Positions 29,375-39,847 of a stretch of 64,000 nucleotides of DNA are shown here, in pieces. Made by a program: the position numbers and the translations under genes. Within the stretch, counting starts at the first letter, position 1. Each line of letters opens with the position of its first letter. Where the stretch lies: assembly GCA_963848135.1 (NCBI GenBank), contig CAWKCK010000002.1:248001-312000 (forward strand), written 5' to 3'. Source of the stretch: an uncultured delta proteobacterium (GTDB lineage Bacteria > Desulfobacterota > Desulfobacteria > Desulfobacterales > SG8-13). The notes below the pieces were generated by a model that worked only from the letters and a program-made list of their open reading frames with translations, was not told the origin of the DNA and made no database searches.

Positions 29375-31237
29375 TTATTCCCCTTCTTCTGCCACGCGGA
29401 TAGATGTTTGAGTCGCGAGTGGGTCACGAGCCATCAATGCCGATGACAGTCCCATCATTTCAAGTGTTTTGCCTTTCCACTTCACCAGGTGCGCAGTTGC
29501 CTCGGCGTCTAAAAACATCACACCGTTAAGGGAAACCCAGTCCCCTTCCCAGGTAAACAGATAACTGGCCGAGTCAGGGGGCAGTTCTACCAACCCATTA
29601 AGCCCCAGCCATTTGCCTTTCCATTTGCGTAAATTTCGGGCAGCACCAGGAGTTAGGCGACGGACGCGGTTGATAAAAAGATCAGGTTCACTCCAGCCAA
29701 CCAGACAGCTGGCAGCCTGATCTGATAAAGCGGTAAGATCGCATTTACGGTCGAATTGGCCGGTGCAGACCTCACTCCAGATCGCTTGATTTTTCGCCAG
29801 TTGATCGTACCCGGAATGTCCGCCGGAATGGTTTTTTTGAACGGGCCCCGCGTGCGAAACTGTCATTGTTTCTTTCTTTTGCAAAATATTCTGCCAGATC
29901 TGAGGAAGTGATAGATATCGGTCGGATTCCAGATCGACTTTCAGCTGGGCTTGTAGGACACTGGTGGCATATCGCCGCATGGAAACATCGTTCTCGACGA
30001 TAAGGCGCTCAGCGGTAATATCCCGGCAAACCGGCATCACCATCGATTCGACCTCGTATTTACGTTGCAAAAACAGAAGCTCTTCGCTGCCCTTTTTCAA
30101 CCAGCGAACCGGCTTTTCAAGGTGATCAATATAGGCTTGTCGCCTTTGTATCGTGTAAAGTTGGAACTCAATCTTTTTTTCGTTGAGGGCCTGTTGCAGA
30201 GATGGAATATCTCTTTGCCGGATTTCAGCTATCATCTCCTCTTCAATCCGATGAATGCCGGTTCGATACTGATCCTGAAGATCGATCAATATCTCCGCTC
30301 TGTTCACCATTTCATTTCGGGCTTTCTGCAGTTGATCGGGAATATCCAGCAGACGGTTCTGGGGTGTCTCGTTAGGTATACTATCGTCCGGCGGTGGGGC
30401 AGAAAGGTGCTTTATTTCTTCCGGCGATGCTTCAGCTTGCGAAACTGCAGCATTCCCATTTAAATTCGACAGAGGTGCCGCACGCTCATAGCGGTAAAAA
30501 AGGAATCCGCAAATAGCCACCAGAACGAGGCAACCGACCAACACGGCACCGAGGGTTTTTATAGGGCTGGAATGAAATTTACCATCCAGGCTGTCGGATT
30601 CACCGGTTTCGCTATATTCGCTATATGCTTCTTTTAAGCCCTTTTCACCATCTATTCCGTCGGTATTACCATTGCTGACGGTTTCAGGGGAATCGAGATC
30701 ATGATCACCGGTCACAACGATGTCGGCGTTCGGTTCTATTGAATCCGCTGGTTCATTGGACGGTTCCTCCTCCGAACGGTCCATACTGTTGTCCGGCTTG
30801 ATCCGTGTGCCCATGTCCCCCCCTGCGGTCACGGATTCGATTGTGGATGAATCGTCTTTACCATTTAATTCTGTTGTTGGATTATTACCTTCGGTAGCCG
30901 CGCGTCGCTGTGCTGAAGGAGCAGAATCTCCTTCAACCGGGTGTTTCGACAATGAATCAATTTCACCGGTCACTTCATCCTGGGATTGTTTCTGTTCGAA
31001 AGCCTCGTTCTTTGCCAGGCCTTCTTGCCCGGTGGTATTTTCGTCAATAGGCGCCGGAGAAATAAGTGCCGAAACCTCCTCAGGACTCAATTCCCTGATG
31101 TCGTTGTCATCTACTTCCCCCCCGGGCCCTGATACGGGTAGTCCGGAGTTCTCATCCGATAGTGTTTGTCCTTCAGAGGCATTTTCTTTTTGGGTTGCAG
31201 CCGCACTTTTTTCCGGTTTACCGTCCATCCGTTTCAT
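29375..31237 (-). CDS. Hypothetical membrane protein (acidic disordered N-terminus, TM, helical domain, C-terminal W-x-G-x-x-L-x-L-N-G repeats); probable frameshift near the 3' end
   Basis: Repeats WSEPDLFINRV / WKGKWLGLNGL / WEGDWVSLNGV / WKGKTLEMMGL. An alternative frame continues to 29326. Confidence 0.78.
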   Translation of the reverse strand: MKRMDGKPEKSAAATQKENASEGQTLSDENSGLPVSGPGGEVDDNDIRELSPEEVSALISPAPIDENTTGQEGLAKNEAFEQKQSQDEVTGEIDSLSKHPVEGDSAPSAQRRAATEGNNPTTELNGKDDSSTIESVTAGGDMGTRIKPDNSMDRSEEEPSNEPADSIEPNADIVVTGDHDLDSPETVSNGNTDGIDGEKGLKEAYSEYSETGESDSLDGKFHSSPIKTLGAVLVGCLVLVAICGFLFYRYERAAPLSNLNGNAAVSQAEASPEEIKHLSAPPPDDSIPNETPQNRLLDIPDQLQKARNEMVNRAEILIDLQDQYRTGIHRIEEEMIAEIRQRDIPSLQQALNEKKIEFQLYTIQRRQAYIDHLEKPVRWLKKGSEELLFLQRKYEVESMVMPVCRDITAERLIVENDVSMRRYATSVLQAQLKVDLESDRYLSLPQIWQNILQKKETMTVSHAGPVQKNHSGGHSGYDQLAKNQAIWSEVCTGQFDRKCDLTALSDQAASCLVGWSEPDLFINRVRRLTPGAARNLRKWKGKWLGLNGLVELPPDSASYLFTWEGDWVSLNGVMFLDAEATAHLVKWKGKTLEMMGLSSALMARDPLATQTSIRVAEEGE

Positions 31238-31302
31238 CTCCGGGGCCTATTGGGGCCGATGGGTATTATACCTATTTTATCTTAAATGGTTATCGGCATC
31301 CG

Positions 31303-31749
31303 TTATGATCTCTTGAGCGTCTCATCCCCTCCAGGGTTTTCGAACGACGGCAATTCAATCTCCCCGATTTTCAATTTCTCAACGAAAGGGATATCAGCTG
31401 GTGCGAAATCGTATTCGTCCAATCGGGAAATAGAAACCCACTTGATGCAATCGTGGGCCTTGGCACGGAGGACGCCGGCTTTCCATAACACATGATAGGC
31501 CAGCAGCTTTATCGACACGTGACTGTAATGATGCACGCTGGCCCCTAGAAATCTTTCGACCTGAACATGTATATCCAGCTCTTCTTTTAACTCTCTCTTC
31601 AGGCATTCTCGAGGGGATTCTCCCGCCTCAACCTTGCCACCGGGGAATTCCCATTTTCCCGCCATGTGATCGTCGGGTTTCCTTTTGGCAATCATGATTT
31701 TACCCTCTTTTTCCATAATGGCTGCCGTCACTTCAGTTAAATCGGGCAT
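31303..31749 (-). CDS. NUDIX hydrolase, MutT/NudG-like
   Basis: WEFPGGKVEAGESPRECLKRELKEEL NUDIX box and PAD.P. Confidence 0.9.
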   Translation of the reverse strand: MPDLTEVTAAIMEKEGKIMIAKRKPDDHMAGKWEFPGGKVEAGESPRECLKRELKEELDIHVQVERFLGASVHHYSHVSIKLLAYHVLWKAGVLRAKAHDCIKWVSISRLDEYDFAPADIPFVEKLKIGEIELPSFENPGGDETLKRS

Positions 31750-31804
31750 GGTGTAAATTTCCTTTTCTTGGGCAGTGGTTGGTGCTACAAAAAATGGATA
31801 AATC

Positions 31805-32077
31805 GTGGTTGTCAAAAAAACGTTGTGGGTAAAGAAGGCAGGCAAAGTCAAAGTGCAGGTTTTTAAAGGGCTGCTATCATTAACAGATATGGGAGGCCGG
31901 CGGAAATTATTGGATCGCAGGCAAGCGCCCGTGTCACCCCACATTCCGGAAAGGCGTCAATTAGACCGTCGAAGTGGGTTCGATCGCCGGGGTATTGTAA
32001 ATTGTTCAATCAGAAAAGAACGCGAACGCAGGGTGGCGTTTACGGGGCTGTCGAAAATTGTTTCTCCTTCTGCCTGA
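31805..32077 (+). CDS. Small Arg-rich protein with D/E-R-R repeats
   Basis: GGRRKLLDRRQ...HIPERRQLDRRSGFDRR...ERERR. Start uncertain. Confidence 0.6.
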   Translation: MVVKKTLWVKKAGKVKVQVFKGLLSLTDMGGRRKLLDRRQAPVSPHIPERRQLDRRSGFDRRGIVNCSIRKERERRVAFTGLSKIVSPSA

Positions 32078-32149
32078 ATCGGTACCCGGCAAGTGAGAAC
32101 CTTCCGACAAATCAGTCTGACAAAGGGCGTCTATTCATTGCCTGAATTT

Positions 32150-32294
32150 AATGGGGTGATGAAAAACGTCATGAGCACCGGCAAGACCAGGCAAAATCCG
32201 ACGAAAAGGCGGAGTTTAAGTGTGATAAATGAATGTTTTGAGAAGGATTTTAACGCCGTATTGTCAAGCGCAATCGTTTTTCAATAGCCTGCTA
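32150..32294. repeat. MITE-like element
   Basis: Terminal inverted repeats TGAAAAACG / CGTTTTTCA(ATAGCCTGCTA) around an internal palindrome. Confidence 0.5.
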
Positions 32295-32311
32295 ATCCAT
32301 GGCGTTAAGGC

Positions 32312-32656
32312 TCATTCGACGAATGAGACCCCGACCATAACATGTCCTCCAAAATGGCCTGGTTTACCCTTTGTGACGTGGCGAATTTTGGTTTTCAGCT
32401 GTTTGGTTATATTGGCCCTGGATTCGTCTAAAGCGTAGTATTTTAGGTCTAACTCCTGCCCGACTTTAAAATGCTCTAAAATAGGAGAATCCTCTTTCAC
32501 CAGGATACAGACGCCGTTTTCGGATATATCCCTGAGATTGAATTGATAAATGGGTAGCGGTGCAGCGAGTTTGATTTCAACACTATGGAAACGCTCAACG
32601 TCCATTCGGGGCTCTGATCTTCTTTCCTCAGAAGAACTATTCGCCTCTTTTTCCAT
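32312..32656 (-). CDS. PilZ domain protein
   Basis: ERRSEPR (RxxxR) and DISENG (DxSxxG). Confidence 0.85.
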   Translation of the reverse strand: MEKEANSSSEERRSEPRMDVERFHSVEIKLAAPLPIYQFNLRDISENGVCILVKEDSPILEHFKVGQELDLKYYALDESRANITKQLKTKIRHVTKGKPGHFGGHVMVGVSFVE

Positions 32657-33122
32657 TTCTGCCCCTCTCTCTGAATGGATGCCCAATATAAATGCTCGAA
32701 GCCACTGAAAAGGCTCACCCTATCCACGAGGCTAAAATTATAACATCATCCGTTGAATAAAAAAAGAGACAAACTGTAACTGGTCGATTCGAATCAATCG
32801 CGTACCAGTTAACCACTTCGAAAACCTACGGAAACGGAGGAGGTGTTTCGGTATTCTTGTGTGAAATAAATTACCCAAAAATGCGAAAAATATTCCTGTA
32901 CTGATATAGGACTTGAAGATTTTTTTTCTTATTTTCCGTTAAATTTAAACATCTTAAATATTTTTTTCCATTAGCACGTATTTTGCATATTGACCAGATA
33001 GACTCTTCACGGAAGATTCAATCCGCTCTATTCCCCCCAGAATAACGTCGCACATCGTAAAGAGTGCGTAAAGTTAAGACCTCATAATTGCAATATCTCT
33101 GCGGTGTTAGAGGAGGCACGGT

Positions 33123-33497
33123 TTGACGAAAAATAGGGATCGCAGACACATGAAAAGGAATTCCTGGGAGTCGTGGGTGATCGTGAAGGATACTGATACG
33201 GGCCGAATTCATACCGGCATGCTGTACAATTTCAATTCTGAGGGATTTTATTTCGAATGCGATGCTTCCTTTAACAGGGGTTGCGAACTCAGAGTTGTGG
33301 TAGAAAACCTACCCGAGACCATGAACGCCGAGGTTTTTCGAGCCGAGGTGAAGTGGGCCGAAGAAATCGTCGCCCCTGTCGTCATGCACAACTACGGTGT
33401 GGGTGCTTGTTATACCAATATGCCCGGTCGGCCAGATTCAAGATCGGGTGGTCTAAAGGTAATCCCGGGCGGTAATGAAACGGCTCAAGAGGATTAG
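33123..33497 (+). CDS. PilZ domain protein
   Basis: DRRHMKR and NFNSEG; AEVKW...YGVG; GAGGAGG RBS before TTG. Confidence 0.75.
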   Translation: MTKNRDRRHMKRNSWESWVIVKDTDTGRIHTGMLYNFNSEGFYFECDASFNRGCELRVVVENLPETMNAEVFRAEVKWAEEIVAPVVMHNYGVGACYTNMPGRPDSRSGGLKVIPGGNETAQED

Positions 33498-33669
33498 GCC
33501 ACTGCAAAGATTGTTTTTTGTTAAACCTGCCATTTTCAGTGTTCTCGGGGCCTGAATCAGGGTGTGCAGAGGCCACCATGCGCAACGCCATCGAGGTCGA
33601 TTCAAAAAAATCTGAATATTCCCCAAAAATTCATTGCCAGACTTACCCATCTGGGTTTAAGAAACAGTC

Positions 33670-33912
33670 ATGAAAATTGTGAAAGATAGCCCATATGGCT
33701 GGGCCGCCGGAAAACCGGGGTGGGTATTGCTGCACGGTGACGAAGACCGCATTCTTCAGGTGATGATGAAGTCCATGAAGGCAATTGAACTGAAGGAGGT
33801 GGTAACAGAACTCGTCGAGGGCGGTGAAAAGCAGCAGTTCTATCAACTGCATGTCGACAACCTGCGATTGGCCTATGAATTTCTTTTTATGGCCAGGGCC
33901 ACGGGCTGGTAG
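33670..33912 (+). CDS. Small hypothetical protein
   Basis: 80-aa ORF with natural composition and codon usage. Confidence 0.6.
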   Translation: MKIVKDSPYGWAAGKPGWVLLHGDEDRILQVMMKSMKAIELKEVVTELVEGGEKQQFYQLHVDNLRLAYEFLFMARATGW

Positions 33913-33986
33913 ACGCCTGTTGCCATTCGATGATCGTTGTCGGAGGCAATCGGTGCCGTACTCAACTTTGCCGGTCCGAAAACTGC

Positions 33987-34181
33987 TCACTCGGTAATGA
34001 TATAAGCACCACTTCTGTTGACCTGAGAGTGCTCCCTTTTTCGTAATCGTGCGTTCAACATCCGGCTGGGCGGTATGTGTTTCAAGCGCGAGCGAATAAA
34101 GGCCAGTCCCAGGACAACCGTCGCTAAACAAATCGATGGAATAAAAATATAATAGGCCATAACGCTTACTTTCCATTCCAT
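33987..34181 (-). CDS. Possible small single-TM protein
   Basis: Hydrophobic helix followed by a basic tail. Confidence 0.35.
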   Translation of the reverse strand: MEWKVSVMAYYIFIPSICLATVVLGLAFIRSRLKHIPPSRMLNARLRKREHSQVNRSGAYIITE

Positions 34182-34730
34182 ATTGACTTATAGTTCACAT
34201 CCAAACAGAGTCAATCCATGCGGTATTTTTTCCCGAAACAAACGGCAACCGATGTTTAGAAATCATGATCCCCTTCTAAAGCAAAGTTTGTGCCGTTAAA
34301 CCAAAATAATATAAACATTTATAAATACAAGCAATATTAGTAATACCGTACGAATACAATTTGACCTGCGGATTGCGTTGTGGGGGATATACCCCAACAA
34401 AGTGGGTAAAAAGACGTATCGTGGAAACCGAAGCACCTGTCCGAAATTCCACTGGTTTGATGCCCAACTCCGCTTTTCAAGCCGCCGGCTCTTGCGGTCT
34501 CATACCCGGCATTAATTTTGGCGTACTATGCTAAGAGTATGGCGTTAAGGGCCAAGCAATTTTCGATTACTGTTTTATATTTATTAACAATGGTGTCCCA
34601 ACGTTTAACGTTTACAACGATACAACCAGTTAAAATTAAACAGAATAATTGTGATTTATACCTGTTAGCGACTTGAAATCAGCAAATGAGTCCATTATGA
34701 CCCTCCTTAGACCAATTGGGAGGGCACAAT

Positions 34731-35582
34731 ATGTATCTTGGCAGACTTGTTTTCGCTCAGGTAATGGATCATTTGCCAATGCACACATTCCGCCGGTGTG
34801 TGCAGCGATACTGTGGAAATTACAAGGTCAAGCATTTCAAATGTCTCGATCAGTTTCTGTGTATGGCATTCGCCCAGTTGACTTATCGAGAAAGTTTAAG
34901 AGATACGATAGTATGTCTTCGGTCACAGCAAAACAAGTTGTATCATATGGGTATTCGCAGCAAAGTTGCACGCAATACCTTGTCAAATGCCAACCGGGTA
35001 AGAGATTGGCGAATATATGCTGACTTTGCAAATGCCCTTATTAACATTGCGCGCCGGTTATATGCTGACGAAGATTTTGGAGTAGAACTCCGAGAGACAG
35101 TTTATGCTCTGGATGCAACAACAATTGATCTGAGTTTATCGGTCTTTCCATGGGCCAAATTTCGTCAGAAAAAAGCGGCTATAAAACTGCATACCTTGTT
35201 GGATTTGCGTGGTAATATTCCAACATTCATCCATATCAGCGACGGCAAATTACATGATGTAAATGTTCTTGATATTTTGATACCCGAACCTGGATCTTAT
35301 TACATCATGGACCGTGGTTACCTTGATTTTGAAAGACTTTACACGGTAAATCAATATACTGCTTTCTTTGTCATTAGGGCAAAAAAGAATTTTAAATTTC
35401 GGCGTCTATATTCAAATCCAGTTGATAAAAACAAAGGTTTAAAATGTGATCAAATAGTAGTACTGACTGGCCCAAAAAGTTCCAAGTACTACCCTGATAA
35501 GCTTCGCCGTATAAAGTATTATGATGCCGATACAGACAAACTATTGGTATTTTTAACGAACAACTTTTCAGCCTCCTTTTAG
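34731..35582 (+). pseudogene. IS4 family (DUF4372-type) transposase, 3'-truncated
   Basis: Homologous to the 40524-41693 transposase but ends after FLTNNF, lacking the YxxRWxxE segment; left-end-like CAATGGTGTCCC near 34588. Confidence 0.88.
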
Positions 35583-35795
35583 GGCATATGAAAAGCCGTT
35601 TGGTGAATGTTTCTCTTACTTGCATTGCTGTAGTTTATGGTTTATCTTAATTGACAGAATGCGAATTTGGATTTAATGAACCGTACAGCTGTTAAAGATT
35701 TACATATTATTGCCATAACAATGTGTGGCTGAAATTAATTCGTTTGAAGTTGAGACACCAATATTTATTAATTAAAAACGATTTGGTTAACAGAT

Positions 35796-36023
35796 ATGAA
35801 AAAGATAAAAAGTGTCACTAAATTAGGTAGTAAATTCGTCACTGTTGAAGGCGGTTCAGTGTACGTGAGATTTGATTTTGGCGGGTTTTATGAATGGTAT
35901 AAACGCATGGGAGATACCTTCTCGCTGATAGATGTTGAAGTTTCCCAGGAATTAGAAGAATCTCTTGGCACTTTTGTTTCCTCAAAAAAGCCAAATATTA
36001 TACGTTTAGATGAAATTCGTTAA
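35796..36023 (+). CDS. Hypothetical 75-aa protein (intact paralog of the IS-split gene at 39712-42017)
   Basis: Shares VY.R.DFGGF.EWY and SQ.LEES...F.SSKK with the second copy. Confidence 0.75.
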   Translation: MKKIKSVTKLGSKFVTVEGGSVYVRFDFGGFYEWYKRMGDTFSLIDVEVSQELEESLGTFVSSKKPNIIRLDEIR

Positions 36024-36266
36024 TAAACCAAAGGGCTGAATCTAACAGATGGAATGATCGATGGGAAAGTATAAATTCTGGAAATCATGTAAACCGCATA
36101 AGCAAGCCTGAAAAAAATCCTCACCATGTCTAAGACCTTTCGATCAGTAGCTGAAGAGAAGCAGATCACCGACTTTAAAGCCAAGGCGTGCACAATTTGG
36201 GGAACAAACACCGCTTGGAGCACCCAAGGAGAAAGGGCCACATCCTTGTGAACCCCCCTATTTTTC

Positions 36267-36348
36267 TGGTGCCTGGGGCCGGAATTGAACCGGCACGGCA
36301 CTATGTACCGAGGGATTTTAAGTCCCTTGCGTCTACCTGTTCCGCCAC
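36267..36348 (-). repeat. 5'-truncated tRNA-Leu(TAA) copy (att-site duplication)
   Basis: 82 nt matching tRNA positions 7 to CCA; the acceptor 5' strand GCCCGG is replaced by ATATGA. Confidence 0.9.
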
Positions 36349-36909
36349 TCATATCATTTAGCAGTCCCAATTTGCTCTTCATGCCGGAGTGCGTAAATGG
36401 GATGCTGTAAGACGCATTCAAAAGTCTCTTGGAAATGGCCGTCATTCAGCGCAGGCGTTAACGGGGACTATCATCTAATGAATTTGCACGAAGATTTTTA
36501 CTCGTAATTTTGCTGGCAGGATCGCGAGGGACATAATCAACCAGTCAGGACATTTGAATATCGGACAGCGCTTGCCAAGTTGTTCAGAATCGGGAAAGTT
36601 GGTTCCATACAGAAAGCCACTGAAGGCTTTACGAATTTAACGAATCCATTGGGTTGAAATTTTGTTCGCTTTTTTGGTAATGAATAATCTCCTTTACCGT
36701 TGAGACCATTGAGATTATTCGTCACAATTTTAGTTGGTTGTATCTTTTACAACATACCACTTAATATTAAGGCGTCTAAAGAGTCCTACTGGCCAGAACA
36801 AACTCCACTCCCCTCATATAAACATAGGTTCGGTTATCAATCGATTTAGCAGCAATACTGGAGACCTTGCGGGTTAACCGTAATCGATACCCTGCGTATC
36901 GTGATTGTA

Positions 36910-38964
36910 TCAATCATCAAGCAACAGCAACGGTATCCAAGGCATAGCCAATCCTTGGTGGGATTTAAAGACATAGGCCGAGCCAGAGTCAATGCCGTTG
37001 TCATCGTCATCAGAAGCCCCCACAACCAGCGTGTCGTCGCTGATGGAGACGGACCACCCAAAATAGTCACCTACCGCGCCGTCGCTGGCGGTGTTCTTTT
37101 CCTCCTGGCCCCAGTTGTCGACACCGCCCTGATCGCGTGTAAAGATATAGGCAGCACCGTTGTCATCGTTATCGGTAGCCCCAACCACCACCGTGTTGTT
37201 GCTGATGGAGACGGACCACCCAAAATAATCACCTGCAGCGCCGTCGCTGGCAGTGATTTTTTTCACCTGTCCCCATTGGTTCCCACCGCCCTGATTGCGT
37301 GTAAAGATATAGGCAGCACCGGCGGCACTGCGGTTGCTATCTTCAGACCCGACCACCACCGTGTCGTTGCTGATAGAGACGGATTGACCAAAATAGTCAT
37401 CCGCAGCGCCGTCGCTGGCGGTGATTTTTGTCACCTGCCCCCATTGGTTTGTACCGCCCTGATCGCGTGTAAAGATATAGGCAGCACCGGCGGCACTGCG
37501 GTTGCTATCGTCAGACCCGACCACCACCGTGTCGCCGCTGATAGAGACGGAATCACCAAAATAGTCATCCGCAGCGCTGTCGCTGGCGGTGATTTTTGTC
37601 ACCTGCCCCCATTGATTCGCACCGCCCTGATCGCGTTTAAAGATATAGGCAGCACCAGTTTGGAAACCACCAATGCCATTGTCACCGGAAGCCCCGACCA
37701 CCACCGTGTCGCCGCTGATAGAGACGGATTCACCAAACCAGTCACCTAATGCGCCGTCGCTGGCGGTGATTTTTGTCACCTGCCCCCATTGATTCGCACC
37801 ACCCTGATCGCGTTTGAAAATATAAGCTGAACCGGAGTTGGTGCCTTTGTCATCGTCATAGAAAGCTCCGACCACCACCGTAGCGCCATTGATGGAGACG
37901 GAGATACCAAAATAATCAAATGCTGCGCCGTCGCTGGCGGTGATTTTTGTCACCAGGCCCCAGTTGTTGGCACCGCCCTGATTGCGTGCAAAGATATAGG
38001 CAGCCCCGGCACCACTGCCGTTGCTTTCGTCAGATCCGACCACCAGCGTGTCGTCGCTGATGGAGACCGATTCGCCAAAATAATCGTATGCTGCGCCGTC
38101 ATCTGCGAGGAGTTTTTTTGCCTGGGTGAACACGGGGTCGATCAATATTGGATAGGACGCGCCAGTGGCGTCTACGACATAGGAAATCCGGGATTGCAAA
38201 TCTTCCGGGCCAGCGCTTTGCACAGCAAGCCTCGCTGAAAGTGATTGTCCATTAGCGTCCCAGGCCTTAAGGCCGCTGTAGTGCAAAATAGTTTGGCCGC
38301 CGGTGTTACAAAAGGCAATTTCTGTGCCTTTTTGTTCCAGACAGGGCTTTAGAGAGCCGGATACGGTCCACTCCACCAACAGCGGTCCCGTTCCTATATT
38401 GGCAGGCGGTTGGCTGAGCGTGACGCCCTGCTCAAGACCCTGCTTGTCATTCACATACCACTCGGTGAGTGAACCCCGTCGGTACTCGATTCGATGGCCA
38501 GAGGCCATAATTGCACCGGGCTGAACCGATTGAACTGGCGCCATAGCGCCATCATAGCCGTAGCCAGAAAGGGTCATCTCCAAATGCCAGGTAGGCGCCT
38601 CTTTGCCGTTCTGGAGTATGTGAACCCCTTTATCGGTAAAATAGGCGTTCATGTTCTGATTGCGGTTGAAAGCTCGGTAATTGCTGATCTCGCCTGATGG
38701 CAGGGTTCTTTCATACCGACTCACCTCGTACTCGGCTTTTTGAAGGTGTTGCGAAATCCTTTCTCGACCCAATACCGGCAAGTAAGCCAAGCGGGCGACA
38801 CTTTGTTTTTTCGATAAATCGGATGAGGCATGCTCGTTTTTGAGAACAAGAGCCTTATTGGTCTCACCAGGGAAAATGTTATTGGCTGCACTCAAGATTG
38901 GTGCACACAATATGTAAACCGAAAAAGCAATGACGAAGAAGAAATTTTTGTCTCTTGTTTTCAT
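36910..38964 (-). CDS. Secreted FG-GAP repeat (beta-propeller) protein
   Basis: Signal peptide, an N-terminal domain and about 6-7 repeats of D.FG.SVSIS.DT.VVGA...GAAYIF.R; ends MPWIPLLLLDD. Confidence 0.9.
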   Translation of the reverse strand: MKTRDKNFFFVIAFSVYILCAPILSAANNIFPGETNKALVLKNEHASSDLSKKQSVARLAYLPVLGRERISQHLQKAEYEVSRYERTLPSGEISNYRAFNRNQNMNAYFTDKGVHILQNGKEAPTWHLEMTLSGYGYDGAMAPVQSVQPGAIMASGHRIEYRRGSLTEWYVNDKQGLEQGVTLSQPPANIGTGPLLVEWTVSGSLKPCLEQKGTEIAFCNTGGQTILHYSGLKAWDANGQSLSARLAVQSAGPEDLQSRISYVVDATGASYPILIDPVFTQAKKLLADDGAAYDYFGESVSISDDTLVVGSDESNGSGAGAAYIFARNQGGANNWGLVTKITASDGAAFDYFGISVSINGATVVVGAFYDDDKGTNSGSAYIFKRDQGGANQWGQVTKITASDGALGDWFGESVSISGDTVVVGASGDNGIGGFQTGAAYIFKRDQGGANQWGQVTKITASDSAADDYFGDSVSISGDTVVVGSDDSNRSAAGAAYIFTRDQGGTNQWGQVTKITASDGAADDYFGQSVSISNDTVVVGSEDSNRSAAGAAYIFTRNQGGGNQWGQVKKITASDGAAGDYFGWSVSISNNTVVVGATDNDDNGAAYIFTRDQGGVDNWGQEEKNTASDGAVGDYFGWSVSISDDTLVVGASDDDDNGIDSGSAYVFKSHQGLAMPWIPLLLLDD

Positions 38965-39335
38965 TTTAGGCCCTCCCACGAATGAGTTGAAAAAGAGAAA
39001 CGCAAATCGCTATGAATCTATTAGGGCACGGGTAAAGACAATCATAGGTCAGGCAATTTAGAATTTTTGCCTTCGTATGAACTGGACGTTCTAATTTGAA
39101 CGTGCTGAATTGATAGGAGAAATTACTTTTGATATTATATCTAAAGGGAAAAAATTATTGGTAACAGTGGATAATCATTGATTGGTCTGAAAGCAAGCCA
39201 ATGATTGAACCATTTATTGAAAAACTTGAAATGAACTTATCCCAGAGCAGAGGGCCTATAACATCATCGACGACATTTTCACCATCAGTATCCACCGCGG
39301 TCATGTATGAGGATTGATCTTTGTCAGTGCTGTGA

Positions 39336-39668
39336 CGTTCTGTTTATTCAGACGGAGAACTTTGGGATTACGGCAAGTTTTCGTTAACCAGATCGGTTAA
39401 CATCATCACGGCAATCGCCGGGGCAGGAGGAATCATTAGTCCCTCCGGAGCTGTTTCAGTTAATGCCGGCTCAAACCAAACCTTTCGATTTATTCCGAAC
39501 TTAGGCTACAGGGTGAAAGATGTTACAGTTGATGGCTCATCTGTTGGAAGTAATACCAGCTACACTTTTTCCAACGTGTCATCCAATCACACGATAGCGG
39601 TAACATTTACGCTCTCCCCTCAGGGGACGGCTATGCTCTGGATACCGTTGCCGCTTCTCGATGATTAA
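39336..39668 (+). pseudogene. 3' fragment of a surface protein (InlB B-repeat/Flg_new-like domain plus C-terminal tag)
   Basis: Start-less frame: IITAIAGAGGIISPSGAVSVNAGSNQTFRFIPNLGYRVKDVTVDGSSVG...HTIAVTF...AMLWIPLPLLDD*. Confidence 0.75.
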
Positions 39669-39847
39669 TTTTGATGATGCTGGCTATTAATATCTGCTGA
39701 GGACAGTGATTATGACGGAAATAAAAAATTTGACCAATTTCGACGGTATATTTGCGGTTTCTGACGACGGCGCAGTGTACATGCGAATTGATTTTGGTGG
39801 GTTTTTCGAATGGTATGAAAAATTAGACAATAAATTTAGGGACTCGA

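Noticed and set aside
32971..32988. Sigma-54-like site TAGCACGTATTTTGCA upstream of a PilZ gene
   Set aside because: The essential -24 GG is AG; too weak to call.
34341..34513. Possible further MITE (TAATACCG... / ...CCGGCATTA)
   Set aside because: Short, imperfect ends and a single copy in the window; cannot be supported.
36267..36348. A second functional tRNA-Leu
   Set aside because: The 5' acceptor strand is missing, so the acceptor stem cannot form; it is an att remnant.
36020..36445. 141-aa ORF on the - strand
   Set aside because: It reads through the tRNA fragment and att junction, so it is most likely spurious.
36901..37749. 282-aa repetitive ORF on the + strand
   Set aside because: Antisense shadow of the FG-GAP repeats; it has no independent motif.
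36990..38110. Repeats as a possible DGR template/variable pair or CRISPR array
   Set aside because: They are in-frame protein repeats with no unique spacers, and the window has no reverse transcriptase or cas gene.
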